Assembly: GCF_009914755.1 (NCBI RefSeq)
Contig: NC_060926.1
DNA from: the human T2T-CHM13v2.0 reference genome, Homo sapiens
Strand: one strand, 5' to 3'
Length of the DNA: 64,000 nucleotides
Shown here piece by piece: positions 40,701-54,569 of this stretch (its first letter is position 1; each line of letters starts with the position of its first letter). Below the pieces are notes generated by a model that worked only from the letters and a program-made list of their open reading frames with translations, was not told the origin of the DNA and made no database searches. Position numbers and translations under genes: made by a program.

Positions 40701-41487
40701 ACATGGCATCTTAAGGGAATATTGAAGCAGGTTGTTTGTAAATTTTACCTATTTTTCAGAGGATCATGGTTAGTACATAATATCCTACATGAGATTGTAA
40801 AGAGTTTTATAACGTAAATTGTTTATTAGAATTATAGATGTTATTTTACCATTTTCCCCCTCCTGCCTAAAAAGAAATAATAAGCTGGAAGACAATACTT
40901 TCCACAGAAAATGTGAAAACTTGGCTGGAGATTGAATTTCTTATTTAGAGATTGCCTTTTATGGAGAAGAGATTAAAGTCCACTTCCTCTTAACCTCTTA
41001 ATTAAACCTGTTTTCTAGATCTAATATAGCAAGACAAATAAGAAAAACATTACTCATAATTTATAGAATTTATTTTGTGGAAAATTTATCTGACATTTTG
41101 TTTGTGTGTATGCCCTAACTAATTAAATCCCACACTGTTCAAACTCTATAAAATCTCTGTATATTTCCAGACCTCCCTGAGCCTGGTAAAAATAACAAAG
41201 ACATTCTTATGTCCATTTGATCATTTAAAATTTTACTGAGATTTATTTGGTTTCATCTTTGAGGATGTTTCTTCCTTTATCCTTTCATTCACAATGAACT
41301 TTACTTTCTCATAATACGTATTGCCTAGAACAAGACAAATATGATCTTATGGGATTGTTTCAGGGAACAAGAATACTGTTTTTACTTCTTACTATCTTGT
41401 GAATAAACTTTTCACTACTTTGTGAATAAAGTTAGCTGATGTAACTTTCTATCATATTTAACATTAAAAAACAGCTTTTCATCTTTC

Positions 41488-42075
41488 AGTCACTCATGTA
41501 TTAGATAAGTATGTATCGAATGTGTGTTGTGTCCTTGAAAGTATGTGAGATGCTAGAGATATAGTGGTGACCCGGACAGAAAGAATTTCTTTCCTCAGGG
41601 GGGTTATATTCTAAGGAGGTGGCAGACTATAACAGCCAGATAAATAAGGGAGATATCAGATAACATTGTGTTGCGGGGGGTGAGCGTGGGGAACCAATAC
41701 TCAGGAGGCCGAAGTGGAAGGATTGCTTGAGCCTGGGCGACGCAGTGAGACCCTGTGTCTAAAAATAAATAAATAAACAACAAAACCAAGGTGACGGGAT
41801 AGGGATAAAGGGTTCCTGTAGGCTGTTTTAGGCTAATAGGGAAGGTCTGAAGAGGGGACACTCAAGCTGAGACCTGACTATCCAGAAGGCCCTTTTGGTC
41901 CAGTCTGGGGGAAGAGCGTGGCAGATGCTGTGGAACAGCTGGTGCAAGGGCCCTGAGCTGGGAATGAGCTTGATTTATTCTGGGAACTAAAAAAAAGGTG
42001 GAGGTGGTTGTAGCAGAGTGAGCCATGTGGAGAGTGGGGTGAGAAGTCAGAGAGGAGGAAGGGCCTATCTGCATT
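41488..42075 (-). mobile_element. L2 3' region interrupted by an Alu fragment
   Basis: TGCTAGAGATATAGTGGTGA...ACAGA, GGGAAGGTCT, GGTGCAAGGGCCCTGAG.TGGGAATGAGCTTG and GAAGTCAGAGAGG. Confidence 0.7.
41698..41780 (+). mobile_element. Truncated old Alu monomer (FLAM/FRAM/AluJ-like) with internal deletion
   Basis: TACTCAGGAGGCCGAAGTGGAAGGATTGCTTGAGCC joined directly to TGGGCGAC...GTGAGACCCTGTGTCT, then an (AAAT)n tail. Confidence 0.8.
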
Positions 42076-43719
42076 CTAGATGGTTTTATTGCAGCAATAG
42101 GAAGTGTTAGGATTTCATTAAAAAGCAGAGCCTGTATTTATACGAAAGAGTAATAATTTAGTAATCTCAAAATGTATATAACAACAAAAAATCCACTTTT
42201 TACCCATAGTGGGTTGCATGTAGTTAATTTAAAAATTAGTCATTCTGAATGTCTTGGAAATGCATTCTGAGACACTCTGATGCCTCAAAAATGCACAAAA
42301 TTTTAGACAGCTACCACTTTTGTATCAATTATCTTCCCTCTTTTACCCTCCTACCCTAGCACCCCTACCCAATTTCTCCATTCACAGCAGTGTGCCGGTG
42401 GTAAGAATCTTCTCATTTCATTTAGTTTTTGCTCATTCCTATTGCTGTGGCCTCAGCAGGAGTGGTGGGGGGAGGGAAGTGAGAAATTAGCTTCCTAATT
42501 TTCTTGAGAGTTTCAGCTTTCAGCCCAGGACTCAAATGTTATTTTCCCCACTTTTTTGGAAGTACTCCTCATTGATCAGACACAGGTTTGTTGCCCTCCT
42601 TGCTTCAAATGAGTTGGATTTTCACTCTCAAGCCTTGCCTCTTCATTAATAAGCTTTACATCTTTGCTCATCTAGCAAATTTCAAAACAGAGGTTACCTC
42701 TCACTCTTGCTCTCTTTGCAACTTCTCCCAGGAGAGAGAGCACTGCTAGAGGCAAACAAAGCATTGCAGATTTGGCTCATTAGAACTCCATGCTTTCAAA
42801 CTTCAATCTGGTTTCTGCTGCTATTTGGCAGTCTTTTTAATTGTCTTTTCTGTACTCTCAGGCCTGCTCCCCATGGGATCTATTTTAGACCTTTTCTCTC
42901 TTTCTACACTCCCAGTCCCAGCTGTCCCATCCCTGCCTTGGCATGTCATCTCTCCACCTAGTCTATTAAAAAGAATGAGACACTTCAATTTTTATACATT
43001 CCTTTATCTCTATTCTTTTCTCATAGTTAGCTTCTCTTTCTCTTTCCTGGTGTCTGTGGAGAAAAGTATCTATTCTTTTCCGAAACTGTGTCTTTTATAG
43101 CTACAAATGTTTCTTATGCATTGCTTTCCACCACCTATGACTCAAGCTCCAATTCTTAGCATCCCTGACACCTAAATTCCCATTGACTCCTTTCTATTTG
43201 CTCTGAAATATTTTCAGTTCTTTCCTACTGGAAAAAAATAAAACCTTATTATTTATTTGTCCCTTTATACATTTAAGGTTATTTCTGAAATTCAGACACA
43301 TTACATTTTCCCCGCTTTCTCTCTCTCTTTTTTCTTTCTCTTTATATTTTTCAATTGTTCCATATATCCTACATCCCTGCCTCTTCCTACTCCTCCTCGC
43401 TCCTGTAAATATTTTTTAGTTTTTCCTTTCTAGTCTAGATATTTCCTTTCTTTTAGTGAACTCACAAAGTGCTCACAAGTCCACCATTTATTTTATCTCC
43501 AGATATGAAACTTACCCCCAGCTATGGTCTTCTATTTGTTATTTAATTTCTAGGCCAATTTTTTCCACTTGAATGTCAGTATTTTAATTCAAAGTCACCT
43601 TGTCCAAATACCAAGTCATCAACTTACCCTCAAATTATATCCTCATTCAGAAAATCTACATCTATTAATGGTAGCTATTTTATCCCTGCCCCCTGTTTTT
43701 TCTTTTTATATTTAATTAA

Positions 43720-44085
43720 TTTGTTCATCCAGCAAATGCTTATTGAGCAGGTATTGTAGGCTAAACAATTCTAGACTTTAAGGGACACAGTTTGCAAAAC
43801 AAAATCCCTGCCTTGTATGGATACTTATGTAATGTGGGATACAGACAATAAACATAATGAAGTGCATCATATATAATGTTAGAAAATGATAAGTGCTTTG
43901 GGAAAAAAATGCAGCCAGGCAAGAGGGATTGGGAGTGTAGGGAGGTCAGGGAAGGCTGAGTAAACAGGTGATAGTTGAGCTGAAACTCAGTATTTTGAGC
44001 AAAGCAAATATTAATAACTCAGAGTAGAACTTTCCAGGTAGAAATATTAGCAATTACAAATGCTCCAAGGGGGCAGGGTACCTGG
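43720..44085 (-). mobile_element. L2a 3' end
   Basis: TTCATCCAGCAAATGCTTATTGAGCA..TA, AAAATCCCTGCCTT, ACAGACAATAAAC, GATAAGTGCT and GGTCAGGGAAGGC. Confidence 0.75.
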
Positions 44086-44529
44086 CTGCTACTCCCTGTT
44101 AGTAATAACTCTCAATTCAACTATTCCTTTTTAAGCCCACATCACGGTACTTCTAAATCACAGTAGTTGTTTCAGAAATGGATTTAGTACCTGGAGGATC
44201 TCTGTTTGCATACAGATAGCAAAATACTGCCTGGTAAATTTGTGTACAACACTACTTTCATGATATACTCGTACTCAAAGCCCCTAATGACTGCTCCATC
44301 AAAATACACACATTTCTTATTGAGAAAATTAGGCTGCCCTTCTTATGGTACTGCTCATACACTCATGCTCACTCTTGCCTCCCATATTTGTGATCATGTC
44401 ATTTTTCACTGCCTAGGATAGGATTTCTGCCTTTTCTCATATAGCACAAGAGTGGCATATTTGTTGAATCTTCCCTGGGCACTTTAATCCATAGTTTTTC
44501 TTCAATACCTCATTAAAACAAAACTTTTA

Positions 44530-45600
44530 CTATGCAAGTGCTATTAAATGCATGCTTATTATAGAAAAAAGTACAAATATGCAAAATATAAAACTTTACT
44601 CTTAATTTTATCTATCGCACTGTTAACACATTTGTGAGTAAGGTGCTTATATTCAGATATATTATTCTTGTGCTACATGTGCCATGTTATAACTGGCTTT
44701 ATTGTATAATCTATTGTTAATCCCTTTCGTGTCAAGTTACTGATCTACACCATTACTGATTTACACCAGTAAAGTTTTAATGACTTTACTATATGCTAGT
44801 TTATATATCTATCTCAATTTTTTATTACTTATCTCCTAGTTTTGGATCTTGAGACATTTACTTTTTAATAAGGTTAAATACTATTATAGGCCCTAGTTTC
44901 AATTTACTTATCACCAACTTTACCATTTTAGATAAATTCTCTGCAGATAGAATTTCTGGGTAAAGGCACATATATATCTGCTGGTTTGTAATACATATTG
45001 CAGGGTTGCTACCAAGTGCCCGTTTCCTCATACCCTTGCTAATAATGGACATAATTATTTTATTTTTTCATTATTTATTATTATTATTATTTTGAGATGG
45101 AGTCTCATTCTGTTGCCCAGGCTGGAGTGCAGTGGTGCGATCTCGGCTCACTGCAAGCTCCGCCTCCTGGGTTCATGCCGTGGGTTCATGCCGTTCTCCT
45201 GCCTCAGCCTGCCGAGCAGCTGGGACTACAGGTGCCTGCCACCACGGCCGGCTAATTTTTTTTTTTTTTTTTTTTTTTGTATTTTTAGTAGAGATGGGGT
45301 TTCACCGTGTTCGCCAGGATGGTCTTGATCTCCTGACCTCATGATTCGCCTGCCTCGGCCTCCCAAAGTGCTGGGATTACAGGCATGAGCCACCACGCCT
45401 AGCCCATTATTTTTTTTCTTTGATTATTAATAGTAGTGAGATTGAAATTATTGTATCTCTCTATTGGCTACGAATTTTATTTTGCAAATTGTCAGTTAAT
45501 ATTGGTCATTTGCTTGCAACTCTTTTTATGCATACATTGCTCTTATAATTAACACATTATTAAAAAATGTTTCTAGCAGTCTGAATACTTTTATGAAAAT
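44530..45600 (-). mobile_element. Old L1ME remnant interrupted by AluY
   Basis: Degenerate antisense L1M motifs (AGAATTTCTGGGTAAAGG, GTGCCCGTTTCCTCATACCCTTGCTAA, TAGTGAGATTGAA) on both sides of the Alu. Confidence 0.5.
45070..45404 (-). mobile_element. AluY with (TTA)n tail, internal 13-bp duplication and expanded middle A-tract
   Basis: CACTGCAAGCTCCGCCTCC, GCCAGGATGGTCTTGATCTCCTGACCTCATGAT; CATTATTT flanks both ends. Confidence 0.93.
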
Positions 45601-45854
45601 GTTTTCTTAATGTGTATGTGTATAATTGTATTATATTTAACTCAAGTGTTTTACTACATCTCTGAATAAACTATAAACTTCCGATATTGGTTACGGACTT
45701 TGTTTATGGCTACTTATTTTATATGCCATAGATCCTGGAAAGTGGTAGAACCTAGTAAAAACATTTGATCTGTTTGTTTTTATTTGTAACTGATTTTAAT
45801 AGAGTTGCCTTCCTCTTATAAGCTTACTCTTGTGAATTTTTTCTTACAGGAAAT

Positions 45855-46460
45855 TAATCAGTAAGTGTTTGTTGATTACCCATGTTATTTTAGGTTCAAG
45901 ATAGTATAAGATTGATTAAGGAGAAAGTCCATAGTCCAGAGGGAAAAACGAACTGAACTAAATCAAGTATTAGCACTGTGTACTCAAATGAATGTTAAGT
46001 TAGGCTACAGCAGGGACCTAGAGGAGTGGTCCCTAATGGATTTCTTCCAAAGGAGGTCCGAGAAGTCTCTCCTGAGAACATGGTGTGAACTGAAACCTGA
46101 AAGTGAAGCAGAAGCTCAGCAGGAGAGTAGAGGGAGCTAAGCCTTCTGGCCAGAGACAAGTGCAGGCACTTAGGATTCATTTTATTAGGGGTGTCATAAA
46201 TAATTTGGTATGATGAGAGTGTAGAACAAGTCTAGGGGAACTGACTGGAGATGAGCCTAGAATTAGCCCTGGATAACAGTTTGGACCTAATTCTGCAGGC
46301 CATAAAGCTCTTGAAGGATTTTAAGTAAGAGAACACCATGATCATATTGGTGTGATAGAAAGATGCCTCTGGCTCCAGGTGGAGGATGTGCGGCTGAGAC
46401 TGGAGACAGCCCAGTTATTAAGCTGTTACAATAGGCTTGACCAGAGGTAATTGGGTCCTT
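45855..46460 (-). mobile_element. L2 fragment
   Basis: TCAGTAAGTGTTTGTTGA, GAACTGAAACCTGAAAG and GAAGGATTTTAAGTAAG...ATGATCA...TAGAAAGAT..CTCTGGCT. Confidence 0.65.
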
Positions 46461-47397
46461 CATGAAGTTGTCTGGCTCAGCAACCTGTGACTGTTTAAAA
46501 TAATTTAAAAAGCCCTTGGTTTCCAAGATGTTACTTGTGATTAGGGAAAAATGGCCCAGGATTCTTCCTCCCGAAGTTCTGTAGGCTACTTAAAAATCCA
46601 AGACACCCAAATACATAAAAATGATAAATTAAGAATGATAAATAAAACAGCACTATCAAGCCCTTGACTCTTTTCCTGATTAGTGAAAAACAGCTAGGAA
46701 TTTTCTAATGAATATATCATAAAGTAGAAGCTCCACTTGTGAAAAATTGAGGTGTACCTGTAATTTTCCTCTCTTAATGATTTGACAATGTTTAGCTTTA
46801 TTAATTATAATTAATCATAACTTTTTAGTGATCTGTCAAAAGACAGGATCAGCAAACTACGTAGTGTTATGGTAAGTGAGGTAGTACTCTACTGACCATT
46901 GGAAATGTTATTTATCCTTCGTAATTGCAGTTTCTGGGTCATTAGCCTGTGAGCTCCTCACTCTTGTTATAGCCATATCTAAGTCAGGGGTATCATGTTT
47001 ACCTCTCTAGTTTCCTTGTTTCCGCCCAGATTGCTGATTCCTTTTAAATTAATTGTTGGTGTTTTAGAAGACTTACTACCTTATCAGGAAAAACTAATGG
47101 CACATGGATTTGTATAGATTGGACATCTCAAAGTAGGTTCTTCCTGGAAATTTCTATTGTTATATATTTGTTATTTATTGCTTAATTGTGAATTTATTTC
47201 TCTTTAAGATATATCTTATCAGTAATTCATAGGTCAAAACTCAAACTTTTTGAGGCCACACATTCCTTTTTAATCTAAAGCAACTTTTTATGAGGAGTTC
47301 CTAAATAAAATCCTACTTTACTATTTTCTTTTGATAGGTAATTGTAGAAATTTTCTGCAGACTTATGAAAATAATACTTAAATATTGAAGCATGAAG

Positions 47398-47505
47398 TAG
47401 GGTGACAACTGTCTTAGTTTGCCTGAGGCTGAAAGGTTTTCCAGAACATGTGAAATTCAGTGCTAAAACCAAGAAAGTCCTGTGCAAACTGGGATGGTCA
47501 CCTTA
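47398..47505 (-). mobile_element. MER81 (hAT-Blackjack MITE)
   Basis: Terminal inverted repeats TAGGGTGAC / GTCACCTTA and internal TTCAGTGCTAAAACC..GAAAGTCC...GCAAACTGGGA; ~108 bp. Confidence 0.8.
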
Positions 47506-48021
47506 CTCAGCAGTCTGAGAATGTTAAATCAGCCTTCCTAACTGCCTGCCTCAATTTAATTGAGAAGTTTACTCTATTGATAGTGAAATGTCTTTTTGCA
47601 CTTAGGATTGGTGTATTCCACCATTTCCTTACTTTACTTTTGTCAAGACTGAAATCACAAAAATACGTAAAAAGAATATTTGCACATACGTTATTTTCTG
47701 TATGGTTTTCATTGCAGTGTTTTATAGAAAATTTAATTAACACAGCCCTTAACATCTTAGAGTGGACATTTTTCATTAATTGTGTGGGAGGCTGGTATGG
47801 GTGAATTACCATACTAATGTGAAGTGGGTTGAAATACGGTTGACACTACCTTTGTCATAATCTAGACTTATATGGATAAAGGAAGTCAGCAAGCCTTATG
47901 GATAATCTAGTTAATTTTTAAATGTAAGCACAGGAAAATTGTAATTGGGGGACAAGCAGATTTGGTTAAGATGCGTCATAGTGCAGTTACAAGGAACTGC
48001 ACAATTTACACTAATTCATTT

Positions 48022-48215
48022 CCAGAGTTTTTTCAAGATGAGGTCTTGGGACTACCTGTATCATAATCTCATGGGATTCTTATTAAAATGCTGACTTGTG
48101 TGCCCTCACCTAGATTTACAGTGTTAAAATGTCTGACGTTTGTGGTCCAGGAAATGTGCATTTTTAAAAAACACACAACTAATTCTTAGTAAAAGCACTA
48201 AAGTATAGGACTCCT
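48022..48215. mobile_element. MER5-type hAT-Charlie remnant
   Basis: ACCTGTATCA.AATC...TTAAAATGCTGA, GG.CCAGGAAAT.TGCATTTTTAA and CACTAAAGT. Confidence 0.65.
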
Positions 48216-50734
48216 CCATCTAGCAACTAGGAAAGCCACTAGTATTTATTGAATTAACTACTCAACTGCAATAGCTTGACTTAACCTAAGCCATTGGCAT
48301 GTGGTAAAACTGGAACAGAACATAGCCCTTTAAATTTCTGAAGTCTTCGGAGGTGAATCTTTGTTAATTCAGACTGTGCCGATCAATGTAGCCAAATGAA
48401 AATTAATGTGGGTAGAAAACAGTGAAAATCAAGAGTATGAATTAAAATGCATGACTATTCATTACCATAACCAAGAACAAGATGTGATATTTATTGTGGA
48501 ACATTGTGTGAAGATGTAATATAAATGCCATGCAAGGATGTTAGTGCCACTCACTGATGGAGAGAATTCTGATCCTTGAAACTGCTACACACTCATGAAA
48601 CCAGAACACCATGTGCTATTATTTACTGTTTCATGGGAGAGAATATCATTATGCTTACAGCAAAATTCAAAATGACAATTTTCATAATTTTACACGGAGG
48701 CTAACACTGGCTGTTAGTCATTTAAACTATTTGAGGGCTTCCTTTTCTGGGGAAAATTTTCCAAAGTTAACAGAGATTAAATAGAAATATGCTTTTAAGA
48801 GGTAATGATAATGAGTGGATAAGGGCTGAGGTCCAGACAGAGTGAGTCTCTCTTGACAAATAAACATTTTAGGCCTAGTTTGACATTGCCTCAATTTGAT
48901 TAGTTTTAACTTTGTTATTTCTATGCCCCAGGCTCTGTCTGAAAAAGAACTAAGATTATTTGACCTGCTGGATTCATAGCAGTGACCTTAGCACTCAAAT
49001 TCCAGTAGAAAATCATAACTGCACTTATTATTGCAGTATTGAAAATACATGTTCAATGAGATAAAATAATATGAAGTTATTTTATGAACTGGAACATCTT
49101 AATATTTATTAATGGTGGAAGCAGAGTGCCATCAGAATATTGAGAAAATATCCTCTTGGGACAGGGTAGGGAGGGAAGGAAGGAAGACCATCAATTCTTT
49201 GTTGTCCAGGGGTGACTTACCCTTGAAGCATATTATTAACTGTGGTGATTACATATGGGGTGTATTTGTTTAGCCTTTTATGTCAAAAATATACTCATAA
49301 GCCTAAGAGTAGCTCTAGTTCTGATCCATTCCTGCTGCCCACCTCAGAGAAGAGCTATGTCTAGACCATTTTAGAGGGATGATTAGATCTTAAAGCCTTT
49401 TGAAGAAAGAACATCTTAGTCTCCCTTAAATTACTGTCAAGCGATTTTTCCATATGACTCTAAATTAATTTTTAATATAATTTAAGCCCTCAATTTTATT
49501 TTACTTTATTTTCATTTCAGATTCCTTGTCATTTAAGTTGGAAAATGTCCTGTTCATATTTCAGAGCCCTCTTATTCACATGTAGTACCGACTCTGTGCT
49601 ATACCTTACCATTTAGATACAGGTAAAATCTGGTTCCTTGGAAACAAAATTTTCTCCCAAACACACATGAATATGAGAGGGTAAGTGTGGGAAGGGATGA
49701 ATGCATAGTGCTTTGATGACTAGAGAAGGTTTGGACCTTATGAACTGAACGTATGTGTATGTGTATGAGCTTTCAGCACTATTTTAGTACTTTTTCTTCA
49801 CTAAGGGTTTACTTTCTGACTCATGCTCCTGATTCAGCAGTTCCCCAGAAATGGCTTCAATCCTTCTGTATTTGGCAGCACTACTTAGAGAATGTAGAAG
49901 GAAAATGATGTAGCCTCTTTGTGTGTGTGTGTATTTATTCAGATTAGCATTATCGGCTCCAAAAATGTTTCAGCATGTGTTATCTAGTTTTTTTTTTCTA
50001 TTTTTGCTTTGCTATACATTTTTCCCAGTGGCCTTTTAAAAAATATCCTTCATTACCCTCCATTTTAATTTTTCTACGTTCTGTGCAAAGCTTTGTTAAA
50101 CTCATATGATTTATTCTATTCATTCAGTTAAGATTTTTAATGTTTTATAGCCTGTAGATTGTATAACAGTAGTGCTTTACAATAATCTTTTACGCAAAAG
50201 GTCAGGTCTTTTAAGTGTTTAAAGCCAGTTTTCTAAAATTGAGGGTAGGCTTTGTTCTTGAACTTTCTATGTCCCATGCTGTGTAGCACACTGATCTATT
50301 GGTTTTAATTGAGTTATTGCATATTGTTGGAATTCAGTCTAACAAGCTGAATTTGTCTTGTCTGCTAAATATATCTAAAATATTACTAAATGAAGAGATG
50401 TAACAGAGAGCTCTCCTGGGTTCCAGGTTCTACTAGACCAGTAGTACAAATGCCAATTAAAATACTGTTTCTTATTTGAACTGATCATTTAATCATATCT
50501 GCTTGATATGTCTTCTCTGGCTTGGATAAGCTTGGTAAAATCTAACACGACATGTTCAGCTTTGGAAAGGATATTTCTTACTTTTTTTTTAATAGTGGAA
50601 GCCAGAATATTATTGGAACCAGAAAAGGATAAGAGTTGGAAAAAAAGGCACATTTATGATTTTTAAAATCTTAGCTACCATCAAGTTGAATAGTAGAATT
50701 GGAATGATAAAATTATAAAGATAACATGCACCTT

Positions 50735-50890
50735 AATGATAATCTAGTTAAAACCCTCTATTTTACAGAAATGGAAACTGTGATTCATTGAGATGAAACA
50801 ACTTGTCTGTCTTCTCAGAGTCCATTGGTGGAATGATCTGGAATATGTTTTTGTGCTTTGATTCTTATTCCAGCGTTCTTCTCATTACCA
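50735..50890 (-). mobile_element. MIR3/MIR fragment
   Basis: ATAATCTAGT..AAACCCTC.ATTTTACAGA.ATGGAAACTG. Confidence 0.6.
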
Positions 50891-51184
50891 ATAATGTTTC
50901 AGTTATTTAAATGCATGTCTTGCTTGCCCACTTTAAAATAATTTATAATGACATAAAGACTATATTTTGTTAACATTTGTCAATAATCTTTTCTATTTCT
51001 AGGGTCTAAGTTTCAGATCAGATAGATAGTTGCCTAGCTAACTAGAGAGGGAGGCAAGTCAATAGATTTTTGTCTCATAGGTAGGCCTTCTCTTGAACAA
51101 AACTACAAAGATTTTTTTTTTTTGCAGCAAATACACTAAAAGTTGTAGCTATTAAGACAGCCATATTGTCAGTAACTGTGCATA

Positions 51185-51790
51185 AACAAACTACGTATCA
51201 AGCACTGTGCCAGACACTGAGTACACAATGGTGAATAAGAAAGTCTAAGGGTCTCAGCCAGTATAATTCATAATCCAGTGAGAGACAAAAACATGTACAC
51301 AGGCAGTGATGAGTAGTGTAAATTGGGAAATGTGCCATGCTACTAGGGGATGGATGAGATCACAGTTTAAGCTTGGGAAGAATGAGTGAGACTTGGCAAA
51401 GAAGGGGGAAAAGAATATTATCAAAAGAGTGAAGAAAGTTGGGGGACCTCAAGTGTAAGAGAAGAGAAGAACTTGCTGTTTAAATAACTGAATGACATTC
51501 ATATGGTTAGAGGTAGAGTGTGTGTGAGCTAAGTGTATTTCAGGAGATGTTAGTGGAAGAGTAAAGGCTGGAAAACGTAGCACTTTTAAGTCACGTATGT
51601 GCACTTAACTGTAAATGGCAATGGGGGAGCCATAGATGGTTTTTAAGCAGGAAAATGACATAATCACAATTGCACTTTAGAAAAAAACCACACTGACTGA
51701 CCTTGGAGACAGTGTAAAATAGGGCAAAACTGGAGGTGGGTAGAACAATTAGGGTATTATGGCAGTAATTGAGTTGAGAGATGATCATTT
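51185..51790 (-). mobile_element. L2 fragment
   Basis: CTACGTATCAAGCACTGTGC....CACTGAG.ACACAATGGTGAATAAGA and GGGAGCCAT.GATGGTTTTTAAGCAGG...TGACATAATCA. Confidence 0.7.
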
Positions 51791-51979
51791 ATTCATTTAT
51801 TGCTAGAGGAAGTTTGAACAAGTATCCACTTTTGGCTGGGGTATAGGGGAAGACTTGAAAACTCAAAGTATGTAACATTTAATTTTTCCCTTGATAAAGT
51901 TTCATGCTTGAAGATGGAGGGGAAGATATTTAAGATGGTAAAACAGTACAGGTTAGAGGGTATGAAAATGCAGGAAATA

Positions 51980-52288
51980 GGCTGAGCATGGTGGCTCGTG
52001 CCTGTCATCCCAGCACTTTGGGAGGCTGAGGCAGTTGGATTACTTGAGCCCCCAGGAATTCAAGACCAACCTGGGCAATATAAGAAGACCCTCTATCTGC
52101 AAAAATTACAAAAATAATAGTGGGATGTGGTGGCACGTGCCTGTGATCCCAGCTACAGGGGTGACTGAGATGAGAGCATTGCTTGAGTCTGGGAAGTCAA
52201 GGCTGCAGTGAGCTGTGATGGCGCCACTGCACTCCAGCCTGGGCAACAGAGTGAGATCCTGTCTCAAAAATAAAAAGATAAAATAAAA
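51980..52288 (+). mobile_element. AluJ, full length
   Basis: AluJ-type GGATTACTTGAGCCC..AGGA.TTCAAGACC, GCTTGAG.CTGGGAAGTCAAGGCTGCAGTGAGCTGTGAT; TSD GCAGGAAATA (51970-51979 and 52289-52298). Confidence 0.93.
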
Positions 52289-53779
52289 GCAGGAAATATA
52301 TAATGGAAGAGTTTCTAAATTTAGGTTTGGACTGCAGGGTGAGGTATACGAAGAGGAATAAGATTAAACAGTAAGGTGTAAGCTAGAAATGTATTGGGAG
52401 TAGGTTGTGGATAGCTGAGAGAGCCAGACTTTCACTTTATGAGGCAAAAAACAAACAAACAAACAAAAAGGGAAGCTACCACAGGTTTTTGATCAGGAGA
52501 TCGCTGGGATCACATTTGTATTTAAGGTCTTTGGGTAATAATGTGTAAAATAAGTAACAATAATATACGTAATATTGTCTTTCTCATTTTATTATGTTTT
52601 GTGTTTGTTTTGTCCCTTTTGTGAGAGGATAAATGAATGTAGTTTGTATTCATTTAGCTTTGTAAAAAATGCTTTACATTAATGGGGTAAGTACATTTAA
52701 AAACTAGATTAAATATGCTCAGTACTTCAGTAAAAACAAATTGTCCAAATTATTAATTTTACAACTAAAAATACAAAAATTTATTTTTAGGAGAGTATTT
52801 AGATACCTAGAATGAGTTTGTGTTCAAAACATAGTCTTTTAAAAATCCTTCAGAGTGATATGAAGATAAATTACAATTTATAGCTTAAATTATAATTCCA
52901 AATTATAATTAGATTTCTAAAAAGCTTTTTAACAGGAAATCTGTGAAAGCATTTGAATCACCCAATTATACATTTGTATTTCGTAATTTAAAATTAAATT
53001 CTAGAGAGCACTGTTGAATCATATACCACTTGTCTTTCAGAATTCTTTAATAAAGAAAAGAATGACTCTGTGAAGAAAAAACAAAATATCAGAAACTTGA
53101 TATATGTTAAATTAGATTTATGCTTTGTGTGAAGATAAAATGGTGAATGTTATAGTTACAGAAATCAGTCTCATGGTGACAATTTCCCATTAATAAAATA
53201 CCATGAAGATCTGAGATTACACAGTGTTGTTGTGGGTGTGTGTCTGTGTGTGCATCCTGGCTTCTGATGCACACACTTAAGGTTAATCGAGGACCATTAA
53301 AATATAATCATTATTATTATTATTTTATCTATGCTATTATTAGAATATCTTAGTTCAGTAAGTGCTGACTATAGATAAATTCTGCCCTATTTTTTGAACG
53401 AAATGCATTTAAACTGATTCAGGTAAAGAAAGGTATAGATAAATCAACTTTTCGTACAGCTCGAGAATTTTCTTTTGATGTGTCGCCAAGGTCAGCCTAA
53501 GTTATTAAACATTTCCTGCTCATGCAGTGAGCAAGCAAAAGTGAGAGTAGAGCATAACCTGTTGAAGAATGCTTTCCCTACATATTTCAATTCCTGGAAC
53601 TGTGCCAGCAATTATGTACTATAGGAATGGTTTATTGCCTTTTACCTTTGCTTTGCCATTCTCCAATATAATGTCGTGTCAAATGGGAAAATGAAGATTT
53701 TTTAACTGTCTGAGAGAATAAAACCTGCTGCAATGGGTGTAAGTAAACTCTATACTACTATTATACCTGTAATGTTTAT

Positions 53780-53921
53780 TTTAATTATTTATAAATAAAA
53801 TATACATTTATATTTATATTTATACTTATATTTATAAATATAAGAAAAATGTTATGTTTTATTATATATGTATGTATATATACAAGATACATATGAGGTA
53901 TATATATATATATATATACCT
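53780..53921. repeat. AT-rich low-complexity tract ending in (TA)n
   Basis: Direct reading. Confidence 0.85.
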
Positions 53922-54569
53922 TTGATGCAGACCTGAGACATGAAGAAATATTTTACTCTGAAGAGATTTTAATGACTCACCTGGGCTTTTAGTGTTTCCC
54001 TTGGGAGATTCTTCTGCTTCTTAATGGTACATGTTTCAAAAATAATTTTCTTAGACATTCAAATATCTCCTTCAAGAAATATAACCTTATTGGTATAATA
54101 TCAACTCCAGCCTATTGTTTGTTTGTTTGAAAATAATATCTTTCACATTGTTACTGGTTTTGATCACATTCCCACCTTGTCATTCTCTAGTCAAACAATA
54201 GATGGTTATGTTCTGTTTTTTTTTTTTCTCCAAACTTCTCTTCTATAGACACGTCCTCTACTACTTTCTATTTTTTATATCTCGCCATTCTTCACCAACT
54301 ACCCAGATGTTTTGGGAAGATATCTTTTCTCTGAAAGTTTGCTTTTTTTTTTTGAAAATAGTAGTAATGGGAATAGCTTCTCCACATAACTGTCAGATTT
54401 ATCCTGAGAAACGTTTTCCAGTTCAGTGTGTCATTTTGTCTTCCATTTTTCATTTCCCCATCCCCTGCAATTATTTAAAACCATAAACTTTCATGGTTCC
54501 ACTCCCAGTGTTTTTTTCCTAGAAATATTTGATAATTTTCCTGTATCAAACTTTATTTTATTAGTTCTT

